A stretch of 64,000 nucleotides of DNA from Eledone cirrhosa (GCA_964016885.1 OZ024754.1:3038001-3102000); one strand, 5' to 3'; positions 1-14,556 are shown, numbered from the stretch's first letter. The notes: generated by a model not told the origin, from the letters alone. Numbers and translations: made by a program.

Positions 1-1120
1 TTAGTAGGAGTGAAGTAATGTATCTATAGTAGCTTAGTTCTATGTGGTAGGATATAATGGATTCTAATTTAGGCACAAGGCCAGCAAGTTTATGGTGGAA
101 GAGGAAGTAGACGATACCAACCTAATTGAGTACTTTACTAGTACTTTATTTTATTGACACCCCGCCCACACACACACAAACCTCACACCAGAAAGATGAA
201 AGGCAGAACTAACCTCAGTCTACCAATTCTGCCAATCCTAATCGACCACCACCACCACCACTATTGGGATTTCTAAGTTACACACTGAAAGCCAACATAC
301 ACGCACACATATGTCCAACCCATGCTAGCATGGAAAAGCAAACATAAAGATGATGATGATGATGATACACACACACATACACAAGCACATGTACATATAG
401 ATATAAATACATGTTTTTGTATATTCTGGTTTGTGTATGTAGCTCATGTGGCCACCATACAGTTGTAATATTTGGTGATTTGCTGTGGTTTGCTGTGGTT
501 TGCTGTACTAGAAAAGACCTGTCTTCCAGTACAAGCACTATGGTGCTAAAAAAGTAAATGTGGTGAGAGATCAGAGACGAGGGACTACATGGGGTGATGA
601 GGTCCCTTTTAGACTTCAATGGACGAAACAACCTCTCTAGTGCTGGTGTTATGATAGAAATGCACTCAGTACTCCTTGTAAATTAGGGGACAGAACAAAC
701 TCAAGGCCACATAGGGTAGAGGGAACATTTTTGGTGTTGACAACCTCTGCTGTGTTGGTGCCACAATAAAATATAATAATGCACACACTCTGTAAAATGG
801 TCGGCGCTTGAAGAGAGTTACAATCAGAGTTACTCTTCAGTCTTGTCGAGCACTTAACAACTTCTTTAGTGCTGTTGCTTTGATAAAATGTACCCAGTAC
901 ACACTATAGAGTGCTTGGCATTAGGAAGGGTATAAACAGCTGTTGAAACTATGCCAAAATATGAAATATATGTGTAAGATGTGTTTATTCATCCCCGTCT
1001 TGACTTGGACCGTGACTGCCTGTCCAATGGACATATGATGATGATGATGATTGTGTGTGTGTGTGTGTGTGTGTAAAGATATAGACTTAAATACGAACAG
1101 CTCATTGTAACTGTAATTCA

Positions 1121-2139
1121 CCCTTTAACATCCTATAATGATTTAGCAGAAATTGTCTTCGTAGCTTTGTTTGTTAATTCAAATGTTTGTAGTACCTGGT
1201 TTGCTAATTCAAATGTTTATAGTACCTGCTTTGTTAATTCAAATGTTTATAGTACCTGGTTTGTTAAGTCAAATGTTTGTAGTACCTGGTTTGTTAAGTC
1301 AAATGTTTATAGTACCTGGTTTGTTAAGTCAAATGTTTGTAGTACCTGGTTTGTTAAGTCAAATGTTTGTAGTACCTGGTTTGTTAAGTCAAATGTTTAT
1401 AGTACTTGGTTTGTTAAGTCAAATGTTTATAGTACCTGGTTTGTTAAGTCAAATGTTTGTAGTACCTGGTTTGTTAAGTCAAATGTTTGTAGTACCTGGT
1501 TTGTTAAGTCAAATGTTTGTAGTACCTGGTTTGTTAAGTCAAATGTTTGTAGTACCTGGTTTGTTAAGTCAAATGTTTATAGTACCTGGTTTGTTAAGTC
1601 AAATGTTTGTAGTACCTGGTTTGCTAATTCAAATGTTTATAGTACCTGCTTTGTTAATTCAAATGTTTATAGTACCTGGTTTGTTAAGTCAAATGTTTGT
1701 AGTACCTGGTTTGTTAAGTCAAATGTTTGTAGTACCTGGTTTGTTAAGTCAAATGTTTGTAGTACCTGGTTTGTTAAGTCAAATGTTTGTAGTACCTGGT
1801 TTGTTAAGTCAAATGTTTGTAGTACCTGGTTTGTTAAGTCAAATGTTTGTAGTACCTGGTTTGTTAAGTCAAATGTTTGTAGTACCTGGTTTGTTAAGTC
1901 AAATGTTTATAGTACCTGGTTTGTTAAGTCAAATGTTTGTAGTACCTGGTTTGTTAAGTCAAATGTTTGTAGTACCTGGTTTGTTAAGTCAAATGTTTAC
2001 GTTATCGCTGTGGTAATTTGCAGTATTAGAATAAAACCTTCAATTTTTAATGTGATGCAGTCATGGTGATGTTTTGTACTTTTCAAGAACGTTGTGCTCT
2101 TGTGGTTACATCTACCTACTACAGGATGTTTTGAGTTAA
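1121..2139. mobile_element. AT-rich MITE-like element expanded by an internal minisatellite
   Basis: Ends ccctttaacatcct...acaggatgttttgagttaa are imperfect inverted repeats. The body resembles unexpanded copies at ~25083-25350, ~35175-35430 and ~47760-47970. Confidence 0.55.
1168..1998. repeat. 30-bp minisatellite (ttgttaagtcaaatgtttgtagtacctggt), ~28 copies
   Basis: Direct 30-nt periodicity. The same variant block recurs at 1201 and 1621 (420-bp higher-order duplication). Confidence 0.97.
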
Positions 2140-2746
2140 CTCCTAAGGTCACCCCTTACTGAACAAACCTTCAACAGACCTATAGCGTTCCAGACATGAC
2201 TATTCCATATTTTTGATGACTACATCATCAAAGGTGTCATTCTTTTTTTAAGATGATAGGTTGTAATGCGAGGAGATTCGGCTGCTATTACTAGCAGTAG
2301 TAGTGATCACAAAGGAAGGCGTTCCCTAAATTGTAACTGTTAAAATCTGTTTTTGAAAAGTCATGGTGGGTGGTGTTAATAATGTGTTCAAGTGTTTAGG
2401 TTGGTACTGTTCTATTTCATTTCACACACACACACACATGTAGCCGCATGTGTGTGTGTATATGAGTATATATATATATATACACACATATATATACATG
2501 TGTACACACGCACATTGGCAAAGATGTACACTTAAATAGATAAAGATGTATGAGTGTATCTACTGCTTTCTTTCTATGTTATATATGTGAAGTCTGTCTG
2601 TCTGTATGTCTGTATGTCTATACACTCACACATTCACATAAATTGCATAGCTATGCCTACACACACACACACACACACACACGTCTCTCTCTCTCTCTCT
2701 CTCTATAGTTAGATGGAGTATCTCAGTCTGGTTTGAATATATATAT

Positions 2747-3107
2747 ATAGGAAAAAGTATGACCCCGACGGCAGAGCTCAAGCCATTTCGACTCTTGAAC
2801 TCTGCCGTCGGGGTCCTACTTTTTCCTATTACCCACTCTACTACCCTAAGTATTGAGTACTCTGGTGCGTTATGGTCCATCTGGTTCCTTACCACACTTC
2901 CTTCGTTATTTGTATATAAGTTATTCCGGGTTGAATCGGAGGTAACCACAGTAAGTAAGGTACTCAATACATAGCAAAGTATAACAGTTTTAATATAGAA
3001 GAGCTTCTACAGGACTAGAACTGTTTCATTCGTGAGAAATCACCAGGAGCTTCCTGATGATTTCTCACGAATGAAACAGTTCTAGTCCTGTAGAAGCTCT
3101 TCTATAT
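2747..3107. mobile_element. Composite of two Penelope-like/retrozyme-like fragments, each ending in a fold-back inverted repeat
   Basis: Inverted arms 2747-2782/2794-2829 and 2993-3048/3052-3107, bounded by (TA)n. Related sequences at 30744-30946, 31358-31567 and 42680-42750. Confidence 0.7.
3047..3099 (+). ncRNA. Type I hammerhead ribozyme motif
   Basis: GAGCTTC-CTGATGA-tttctcacgaat-GAAA-CAG-ttctagtc-CTG-TA-GAAGCTC. 7-bp stem I, 4-bp stem III, GUA triplet, stem II ttc/gaa with a U-U closing mismatch. Confidence 0.75.
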
Positions 3108-3257
3108 ATACATATATATACAGTTAGATGGAGATATCTCAGTTTGGTTTGAATATATATATATATATATCCACATATACTCACGCACACACACACATAC
3201 ACGGTACTCACGCACTTATGAAGGTATATACTCACACATGAAGATATTTAATGCAGA

Positions 3258-3324
<67 letters not shown>

Positions 3325-3418
3325 CCACCCACCCCAAGTATTCACCCATATGTAGTGGAAGTGACACCTGTGAAAACAAAATGTTTCTTGGCCTGGGTAT
3401 CAGATCCACACACAGCTA

Positions 3419-3468
<50 letters not shown>

Positions 3469-4282
3469 CACAGAGGTTTAAGTTTAGTTGTCATGGTAGC
3501 CAGTAGAGGGCTGTTGGGTGTTGAAGGGTGGAAAGAGAGTGAGGGGGGGGGGGGGGGTAACACTCCTTTGCTTACTGTTGCTGCTGCTGTTGTTGTTGTA
3601 GCTTCTGTTTTGGCTGCCAGTTGAGGCAGAGGAGAGACCTCCACAGTGGATAGGGGAAGGAGGAAGTCTCTCTTGCTTACTCTCTCTCTCTCTCTCTCTT
3701 CTCATCCTCTCTCTCTCTTCTCATCCTCTCTCCCTCTTCTCATCCTCCTCTCTATCTCTCAGATCAAATTGCCATTAAGATTCTCATTGTCAGGAGGGAT
3801 GAGTAGGGAAGAAGAAGTACAGTGAAATGAACTGACTCTGAAGTTTGAAAGTCTCAGAGAGAGGGAGAGAGAGGGACAGACACACACACACAGAGGGAGA
3901 GAGAAAGGGAGACACACACACAGGGAGAGAGAGAAAGGGACAGACAGACACACACAGGGAGGGAGAGGGACAGACACACAGAAAGAAAAGAGAGAGGGAC
4001 AGAGACAGAGGGAGAGAGAGAGAGTGTGTGAAGAGACAGAAAGGGTGTATAAGAGAGAGAAAGAGTATTGGTGTTTGAATGAAGGGGAACCTAGTTTTGA
4101 AAAAAGGTAACTTACCCACCTAAGGATTTCTTTAATATAGATAGACACACAGGAGTTAGGATTTTTAATGGAGTGTGTGACATAACAGACATGCTGTGCT
4201 GTGGTGTTCATAACTTGCTCTAGAATATTAAGTCTTTATGTTAAATAACAACCAGGAATGGTAACCAGGTTTACCAATTATG

Positions 4283-4388
<106 letters not shown>

Positions 4389-4423
4389 CAGGCACACACA
4401 TACAGATTTAATGCAGTTAATAT

Positions 4424-4743
4424 GGAGGCACATGGCTTAGTGGTTATAGCATTGGCCTTGCAATCGAAAGGTTCTGAGTTCAATTCTCAGACCGGGTGAT
4501 GTGTTGTTTCCTTGAGCAAGACACTTTACTTCACATTGTTCCAGTTTACTCAGCTGTAGAAATGAGATGATAGGGACTGGGGTCCTGGTCGTGGAGGTGC
4601 CACGGCAAAAAAGCACCCAGCCCACACTGTAAATGAGGTTGGTGTTAGGAAGGGCATCCAGCTGTAGAAATCAAGGCAGAATCAGTTCCTATCCCACCCT
4701 TGCAAGCAGGGAAAAGCGGACGTAAAATGAAATGATGATGATG
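4424..4743 (+). mobile_element. tRNA-derived SINE family 1 (CORE/Meta-like middle, RTE-LINE-like 3' tail, (ATG)n end)
   Basis: A box tggcttagtgg, B box gagttcaattctc, ccttgagcaagacactttacttcacattg, tail cccacccttgcaagcagggaaaagcggacgtaaaatga...tgatgatg. Multiple copies in the window. Confidence 0.9.
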
Positions 4744-5331
4744 AATACACAGCTAAAATGTTTTTTCAGGGCTGCTCTAGTAACACAATGGGTTACAGGA
4801 TATCTGATGTAAACAACCATAATAATAATAATAATAGCAATAATAGTGATGTCGATGATGATGATATATATTTTTATCAAACAACTTTCACTATATTTAT
4901 AAGTAAGACCATTCTGAATCTTTATTCAACTTCAAATGATTCTAAGTTCCGGATGAATAGTGATATTAAATGGAATCCTGCCATGACTGTTTGGAGAGAA
5001 GAGCTTCTTTGTGGCTTTTTCTTTCTTCTTCTCACTGAACAGTGTTTTTTTTGTTTTGTTTTGTTTTGTTTTGTTTTGTGTTGTGTTGTTTTTTTGTTAT
5101 ATATCATGATACAAAGTGTCAATTGACATTCATGAAAACCATTGCTTCTGTCGGTTGGTCAATCAGTCAGTTGGTCCATCCGTCGGCTGGTCAATCAGTC
5201 AGTTGGTCCGGCAGTCACTTGGTCTGTCAGTTGGTTGGTGAAAGGCCTGAAAAAATATTTGCAGTCCTTTTACACAGTTTATACTTCACTGCCTTCTTTT
5301 TTGTGCATGTCTGTGTGTCTGTTTGAAAGAG

Positions 5332-5527
5332 AATAATAATTTTTTCTACTTTGGGCACAAGGCCAGCAATTATCCCAGTGCATTACTGGTACTTTATTTT
5401 ATCAACCCCGTAAGGATGAAAGGCAAAGTTAACCTCGGCGGGATTTGAACTCAGACCATAAAGAACCGTAACTCTTTGCTATAAAGCATGGCGCCAGACC
5501 CTCTACCGATACTGCCAATCCACCGCC
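5332..5527 (-). mobile_element. SINE family 2 (tRNA-like head, Deu/Nin-like domain gcctttcatccttacggggtcgataaaataaagtaccag, (ATT)n tail)
   Basis: Near-identical to more than 10 other copies in the window; B box gagttcaaatccc. Confidence 0.88.
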
Positions 5528-5975
5528 TTAATAATAATAATAATAATTAGAATATACCGCAGGGGATTTAAATTGTTTCCGTTGAAAGGGTTAACTAATG
5601 TAATGGTTGTTGTTCTTGATAACATATTAAGTGTGAGATATAACAAGTGTTTTAAGGCCCATCTCCCCCCCTGCTGAAGCAAGAGGAAGTTTTTGGTGTG
5701 TGTGTGTGTGTATGTAGGGTGGGAGAGGGGGTTGCATGATAGGCTTCTCTGTTGTGGTGGGGGTTGCTTCCCTATCATCTACATCATCCCTCAGCAACCT
5801 GTAAGTTGTTAATAAGAAATTAGTCAATCTACTTTGACAGACATGTCAGGGTACATCAACAGTTTGTCCCTAAGGAAATTCTGCACAACTAAAAAAAATT
5901 AAAAAAAAAATTAAGAAAAGAATGTAGATAATTATTTATCATCAACTAGAAGTATACAATAATGAAAGTATTTGA

Positions 5976-6015
<40 letters not shown>

Positions 6016-8265
6016 AACAAGGAAGACAGAAAAATAGTGGTAAGGGAGGGCGAACTCTACACCTTTGACTGGGAGGTACATCTCAGATGTGCCCTGTGGA
6101 CAAAACAGTGAAACCATTGCCACAGAGAACTGACAGTGATATCCGCTACATCGGCCATTCCATCCCACGAGGCTCCTTCCTCTTGTAGAGGAAAATTGCA
6201 GCTCGGAGGTCGAGGACACGGCAGGTCTCAAGTCCTCAATAGCAACCGGCACAAAAAGGAAGCGGTCGGTCAAAGCTCAGTATTTTGTTATCCTCTGCTC
6301 CTATCCTGGGTTACAACCTGCAGCAGCCAGGTTTTGAGGCTAAAGTGATCAAGTTGCTACTGGTGAACATGTCACAACATGTGGCTTCCCAGATTAATGT
6401 TGTACCCCCCTCCCTCTGAACAGGAAAAGGGGTTATCTCGTCTGGGTGCCTGCTCTCACTATGGTCCAGACAGACAGACAGACTTCAACTCTGACTCAGT
6501 AAACTTGGGCTTTGTTAATACACCTAATGACCTCATGCTACTGTTACTGCCCACTGATAAAACCTTTAATATTCTTTTTTACATTTACCATGAATCCCCA
6601 AGTAATTTATTTGTTTTAGACTCAAGGGATAATTTGTCACACACATGCACACACACACACTCTCTCTCTCTTTCTTTCACACACACACTCTCTCTCTCTC
6701 TTTCACACACACACACACACTCTCTCACACGCACACACAAACAAAGAAAAAAACAAGTCTTGGTGACATAGTGTTATTTTTGGTACATCCCGCAATAGCC
6801 TCCCAAACACTACCGCCATAGAGTGTGAATTCATGAGTTGACGTGCATTTAATTATATATACACACATACATATACTGTGTATATATTTTATACATACAT
6901 GTACACAAATAGTTTGTTTACTGTGGGAGATATTTTAACAATCATCCAGGCCAGAAATATTATGTGAGAAATATATTTGTATTATCAATATTATCGCCAT
7001 TTCTTATCACTAAAACACCTTAATTTATTTATTTTCTTTTTCTTTTTTTTTCTCTCCCAGAAAATTTCAAACCCCCTCGTCCTACCTTTCTTCCACTACC
7101 AGCACTACCACCCACCCCACCATCAACAGGTGCCCCACTTCCCTCCTCTTTTCCCCCTTCAATCTCCACAGTTCTGAAGTTGTATTTCAAGTTTTCACTC
7201 CTGATAGTAATATTTACTCAGTCAAAGCTGTTCAGCAGTCACTTTAATCCCTAAACAATTCATACCTGTCTATATTTAGTTTTTTCTCTTCTCTTATTAA
7301 ACTTTCTTCTTCTTTTTTTTTTTCCTCTCCACTTTTACTTTTTAAAACTAATTTTATTTTTATTCTTTAATATATATTTATATCTTTCCTTTTACGTCCA
7401 TTTTTCCATGGTTACTCACACACATGTATATATACACATACACACACACACATATGTATATATACATACATACCGTCATTTAATGTCCATCTTCCTTGTT
7501 AACAAAGGGAAAAAAACTAAATTGCATATGTATAGAAGGTTTAGTTTTCTTTTTTCCTTGTAATTATTGTTCCTTCTTTTTGTCTCCCTTTTATTACTCT
7601 CCTTCTCTTGTTCCTTTTCTAATCTTTCCTTTCTGATGAAGGATTAACATCCAAAAGGTCAAAAACACCTTTAAATTCCTTTTCTTCTAAGCATTAAAAT
7701 ATTACCATTCATCAAAACCTTTTCTCCTGTGTGTGTTTTTGATTAATGTTGATCATCTTCATCATTTTACATCTGTTTGTGTTTGTGAGTCGCAATGTAC
7801 ACTGGAATGATTAGTATCGGTCTTAATATACTGAAACTGTAGTGAATTCCAGAGGTTGACTGAAGAGATGGGACTGTCCGTCTTTCCGTTGTTTTTCCCA
7901 TTGTTTTTGTCCTGTGTGCCCCCTACTTTGAATACATATATATAATACACACAAACCCACACATTTATGTATATGCGTATATCTCTATATATATACACCG
8001 GTGCCTCTGTCCACATAATTCCATCTCTAGGGAAACTTAACTCAGTTTTCTCAATTATTATTGTAGTCATTTATGTTGAGACAACTACATTTCAAATATA
8101 TATATATATGTATATTTTCTTTGCTTGCATGGTATTCATACAATCATACATACATACATATACATATATATATAACATTACACATAGATACATAAACTCA
8201 AACCAGTCATATGCACCACATTATTCATACACACACACTCTCTCTCTTTCTCTCTCTCTCACTCT

Positions 8266-8324
<59 letters not shown>

Positions 8325-9309
8325 ACTCTCCCTCTCTTTCACTCTCTCTCTGAGTCAAATATGTAAAAGTGAAGCAAGTTTCAGTTTGTACTTATTTCTC
8401 TTCTAACACCTGGTCGCTGTAATCTTGGGGAACTTGTCAATAAAAACTGCAGGAGAAATCAGAATGGCAGCATGTACCACACTACCCCCCCACCCCCACC
8501 CCCACCCTACAAGGACACACCACTACAACCACCCCATCAACTTACGACTGACTGTTTAGTTATGTCTTATTTCAAGCTAGCCCTAACAACGACACTAATT
8601 ATTCTGTCTCAATCCACCATTGATATGGGTCATTATCAAAGCCAATTTCCCTTCCTCTTGCAGGCCTCAAGCTTAACTTCCATATTTTCACCAATCACCC
8701 TCTCTCTCATTCTCTCACCCCTCTCTCCTCTCTCTCCACCCTCTCTCTCTCTTTCTCCTCTCTCCTCCCTCTCTCAAACTGTACACCACTCTCTCTCCCT
8801 CTCCCCGTTGCCTCCCTCTCTCTGTCTGTCCTCTCCTTCTCCATCCCCTCCCTCCCTCCCTCCGTCCCTTATCTCTCCATCTCTCCACCCTCTGTCCTCT
8901 ATCCTCTCTCTCTCTCAAACAGTGCACCACACCACACTGTACTATAGTAACCCTATATTATATTTTAATATTGTCACTACCACCTAACAACCTTGTTCTT
9001 TACTTTACACTTTTCTTACGTGATTTGCTTCAAATCTAAAACTGTTTTTAGTTTTATTTTCTTATTTGTTACTGTTTCTTTTATTTATATTTATATTATA
9101 TTTTAATTTTCCCTTCTATCTGCTATCTACCGACCCTACTTTCCCCAGTTTTGTTACAAGCTTAGATCTTAATATATATATATCACCTTATTTGACAGTT
9201 TGCTATGCACACCTAATTCATTTAACAATTTTAGACCCTGGTATATTTTAGGTGAAGGTGCTGTTTAAATTTCCACATCGAACAGACTCCACAACAAAAT
9301 CTAGCCAAT

Positions 9310-9500
9310 TATAATAATAATTGTTTCTACTTTTAGCACAAGGCCAGCAATTACCACAATGCATTACTGGTACTTTATTTTATTGACCCCATAAGGATGA
9401 AAGGCAAAGTTAACCTCGGCGGGATTTGAACCCAGAACGTAAAGGGCTATGACTCTATGTCATAAAGCATGGCATCCAATGCTTTACTGATACTGCTAAT
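9310..9500 (-). mobile_element. SINE family 2 copy (a degenerate second copy follows at ~9520-9680)
   Basis: Same diagnostic central domain and tail. Confidence 0.85.
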
Positions 9501-9792
9501 CAATAATAATAATAATGATAATGATTTCTAATTGAGGCACAAAGACAACAGCTTTTGGGGGAGGGAAAAGTTGGTTACATCAACCCCAGCGCATTACTGG
9601 TACTTTGAATTTGACAGTATTTAAACTCAGAATCTAACTAGATACCGCAAAGCATTTTATCCAACACTCAAGTCTGACAATTTACCTTCTTTGATACATA
9701 TATTAATAATTATTTCTTTTTGAATTAATAATAATTCCTTATAGTGGCCAATGGCAACTTCTTTTTCCGTCTTTTATAGGTCTTTTCCCTAT

Positions 9793-10126
9793 CATCATCA
9801 TCATCATACGTCCGCTTTTCCCTGCTTGCAAGGGTGGGATGGGAACTGATTCTGGCTTAATTTCTACAGCTGGATGCCCTTCCTAACACCAACCTCATTT
9901 ACAGTGAGTGCTGGGTGCTTTTTTGCCGTGGCACCTCCACGACCACTTTTGCAGTGGAACGATATGGACCCCAGTCCCTATCATCTCATTTCTACAGCTG
10001 AGTAAACTGGAGCAATGTGAAATAAAGTGTCTTGCTCAAGGAAACAATCATCACCCGGTCTGAGAATTGAACTCACAACCTTTCGATTGCAAGGCCAATG
10101 CTCTAACCACTAAGCCATGTGCCTCC
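9793..10126 (-). mobile_element. Full-length SINE family 1 with 12-bp target-site duplication
   Basis: Reverse complement of 4424-4743. TCTTTTCCCTAT at both 9781-9792 and 10128-10139. Confidence 0.92.
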
Positions 10127-10196
10127 ATCTTTTCCCTATTTTATAGTATCTATGGACTTGAGCACATTATTCTTTATACTTACACACACTCACGCA

Positions 10197-10264
<68 letters not shown>

Positions 10265-10589
10265 TTCTCAGCATTTAAAAGTCCAAAAATTTGGCTTTTG
10301 TGTGGTTTTAAGAAATTTATATCCATCACCAGCACCATCATCATAACTACTATCACCAACACTACCATTCTCTCACATGCACACACACACACACAAGCAC
10401 CATTTTGAATCTATTAATTATTCATCACTTACATTTCAAACTATAAAACAAATCAGATTTTTGTGTTTATATAATTCTAACAATTGAACATTTTGCTCTT
10501 TTATTTAGTATTATTGATGTACATACAACTTCATGTCTCTCTTTTATATCTCTTTTACATAACACCATTTTCTTTCTCTCCAATTCTAG

Positions 10590-10727
10590 GCACCACAATT
10601 GGATCAGGTCTATCGATTCTACAGTGTTAAATGGCTTACCAAAATTACGAATGCTGGACTTGAATTTTAATCATATTTATAATATATCAACTGGGACATT
10701 CCACGCTGGATTAAATTTACATCAACT
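10590..10727 (+). CDS. LRIG: LRIG exon, LRRs (HHNWIRSIDSTVLNGLPKLRMLDLNFNHIYNISTGTFHAGLNLHQL)
   Basis: Pyrimidine tract + TAG acceptor at 10587-10589, GTAAG donor at 10728. 138 nt, phase 2-2, LxxLxLxxNxI pattern. Absent from the ORF track. Confidence 0.88.
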
Positions 10728-10826
10728 GTAAGATTCCTCTTTATTTCTCTCTCTCTTCCTTTTTATTCTTTTCTTTATTTTCTTTCATCAGCTCATATAT
10801 CTTTGCCATAACTGTCCCTCTCTCTC

Positions 10827-10876
<50 letters not shown>

Positions 10877-10959
10877 CACATATATACATATATATATATA
10901 AATATATATATATATAAATGCTAGCGTGGAAAATGTATGTTAAAAGATGATGATGATGA

Positions 10960-11633
10960 TATATATATATATACATATATGTATATATATATATATACAT
11001 ATATGTATATATATATACATATATGTATATATATATATATATGTGTATATATATATGTGTATATATATGTATATATATATGTGTATATATATGTATATAT
11101 ATATGTGTATATATATGTATATATATATATGTGTATATATATGTATATATATATGTATATATATATATGTATATATATATATATGTATATATATATGTAT
11201 ATATATATATGTATATATATATGTGTATATATATGTGTATATATATGTATATATATGTGTATATATATGTATATATATGTGTATATATATGTATATATAT
11301 GTATATATATGTGTATATATATGTATATATATGTGTATATATATGTATATATATATATGTATATATATGTATATATATATATGTATATATATGTATATAT
11401 ATATATGTATATATATATGTATATATATATGTGTATATATATGTATATATATGTGTATATATATGTGTATATATATGTATATATATATATGTGTATATAT
11501 ATGTATATATATATATGTGTATATATATGTATATATATGTGTATATATATGTATATATATATATGTATATATATGTATATATATATATATGTATATATAT
11601 GTGTATATATATGTATATATATATATGTGTATA

Positions 11634-11672
<39 letters not shown>

Positions 11673-11685
11673 ATATATGTGTATA

Positions 11686-11724
<39 letters not shown>

Positions 11725-12162
11725 ATATATGTGTATATATATATATGTGTATATATGTGTATATATATATATGTGTATATATGTGTATATATATATATGT
11801 GTATATATGTGTATATATATATATGTGTATATATATGTATATATATATATGTATATATATGTGTGTGTATATATGTGTATATATATGTATATATATGTGT
11901 GTGTATATATGTGTATATATGTGTATATATATATATATGTGTGTATATATGTGTATATATATATATGTGTGTATATATGTGTATATATATATGTATATAT
12001 ATATGTGTGTATATATGTGTATATATATGTGTGTATATATGTGTATATATATATGTGTGTATATATGTGTATATATATATGTGTGTATATATGTGTATAT
12101 ATATATGTGTGTATATATGTGTATATATATATGTGTGTATATATGTGTATATATATATATGT

Positions 12163-12220
<58 letters not shown>

Positions 12221-12483
12221 GTATATGTGTATATATATATATGTCTATATATATATATATATGTGTATATATATATATGTGTATATATATATATATATAT
12301 ATGTGTATGTATATATATATATATATATATGTGTGTATATATATATATATATGTGTATATATATATATATGTGTGTGTATATATATATATATATGTGTAT
12401 ATATATATATATATATGTGTATATATATATATATATATGTGTATATATATATATATATATATGTGTATATGTATATATATATG

Positions 12484-12564
<81 letters not shown>

Positions 12565-12580
12565 GTGTATATATATATAT

Positions 12581-12672
<92 letters not shown>

Positions 12673-12971
12673 ATATATATATATGTATATATATATATGT
12701 ATATATATATATATGTATATATGTATATATGTATATATATATATGTATATATGTATATATATATATATGTATATATGTATATATATATGTATATATATGT
12801 ATATATATATATGTATATATATATATGTATATATGTATATATATATGTATATATATGTATATATATATATGTATATGTATATATGTATATATATGTATAT
12901 GTATATATGTATATATATATATGTATATATGTATATATATATGTATATATATATATGTATATATATATATG

Positions 12972-13002
<31 letters not shown>

Positions 13003-13011
13003 GTATATATG

Positions 13012-13058
<47 letters not shown>

Positions 13059-13625
13059 GTATATATATGTATATATGTATATATATGTATATATGTATAT
13101 ATATGTATATATGTATATATATGTATATATGTATATATATGTATATATGTATATATATGTATATGTATATGTATATATATGTATATATATATGTATATAT
13201 ATATATGTATATATATATGTGTATATATATGTGTATATATATGTATATATATGTGTATATATATGTATATATATGTGTATATATATGTATATATATGTAT
13301 ATATATGTGTATATATATGTATATATATGTGTATATATATGTATATATATATATGTATATATATGTATATATATATATGTATATATATGTATATATATAT
13401 ATGTATATATATATGTATATATATATGTGTATATATATGTATATATATGTGTATATATATGTGTATATATATGTATATATATGTGTATATATATGTATAT
13501 ATATATATGTGTATATATATGTATATATATGTGTATATATATGTATATATATATATGTATATATATGTATATATATATATATGTATATATATGTGTATAT
13601 ATATGTATATATATATATGTGTATA

Positions 13626-13664
<39 letters not shown>

Positions 13665-13677
13665 ATATATGTGTATA

Positions 13678-13716
<39 letters not shown>

Positions 13717-14154
13717 ATATATGTGTATATATATATATGTGTATATATGTGTATATATATATATGTGTATATATGTGTATATATATATATGTGTATATAT
13801 GTGTATATATATATATGTGTATATATATGTATATATATATATGTATATATATGTGTGTGTATATATGTGTATATATATGTATATATATGTGTGTGTATAT
13901 ATGTGTATATATGTGTATATATATATATATGTGTGTATATATGTGTATATATATATATGTGTGTATATATGTGTATATATATATGTATATATATATGTGT
14001 GTATATATGTGTATATATATGTGTGTATATATGTGTATATATATATGTGTGTATATATGTGTATATATATATGTGTGTATATATGTGTATATATATATGT
14101 GTGTATATATGTGTATATATATATGTGTGTATATATGTGTATATATATATATGT

Positions 14155-14212
<58 letters not shown>

Positions 14213-14475
14213 GTATATGTGTATATATATATATGTCTATATATATATATATATGTGTATATATATATATGTGTATATATATATATATATATATGTGTAT
14301 GTATATATATATATATATATATGTGTGTATATATATATATATATGTGTATATATATATATATGTGTGTGTATATATATATATATATGTGTATATATATAT
14401 ATATATATGTGTATATATATATATATATATGTGTATATATATATATATATATATGTGTATATGTATATATATATG

Positions 14476-14556
<81 letters not shown>

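Noticed and set aside
1167-2069. 300-aa and 281-aa repetitive ORFs (WFVKSNVCST / PGLLSQMFVV)
   Set aside because: A 30-bp tandem unit inside a MITE-like element, open in two frames by chance, with no supported splice context.
4424-4500. tRNA gene
   Set aside because: The A/B boxes run straight into a SINE body present in many copies; no complete cloverleaf.
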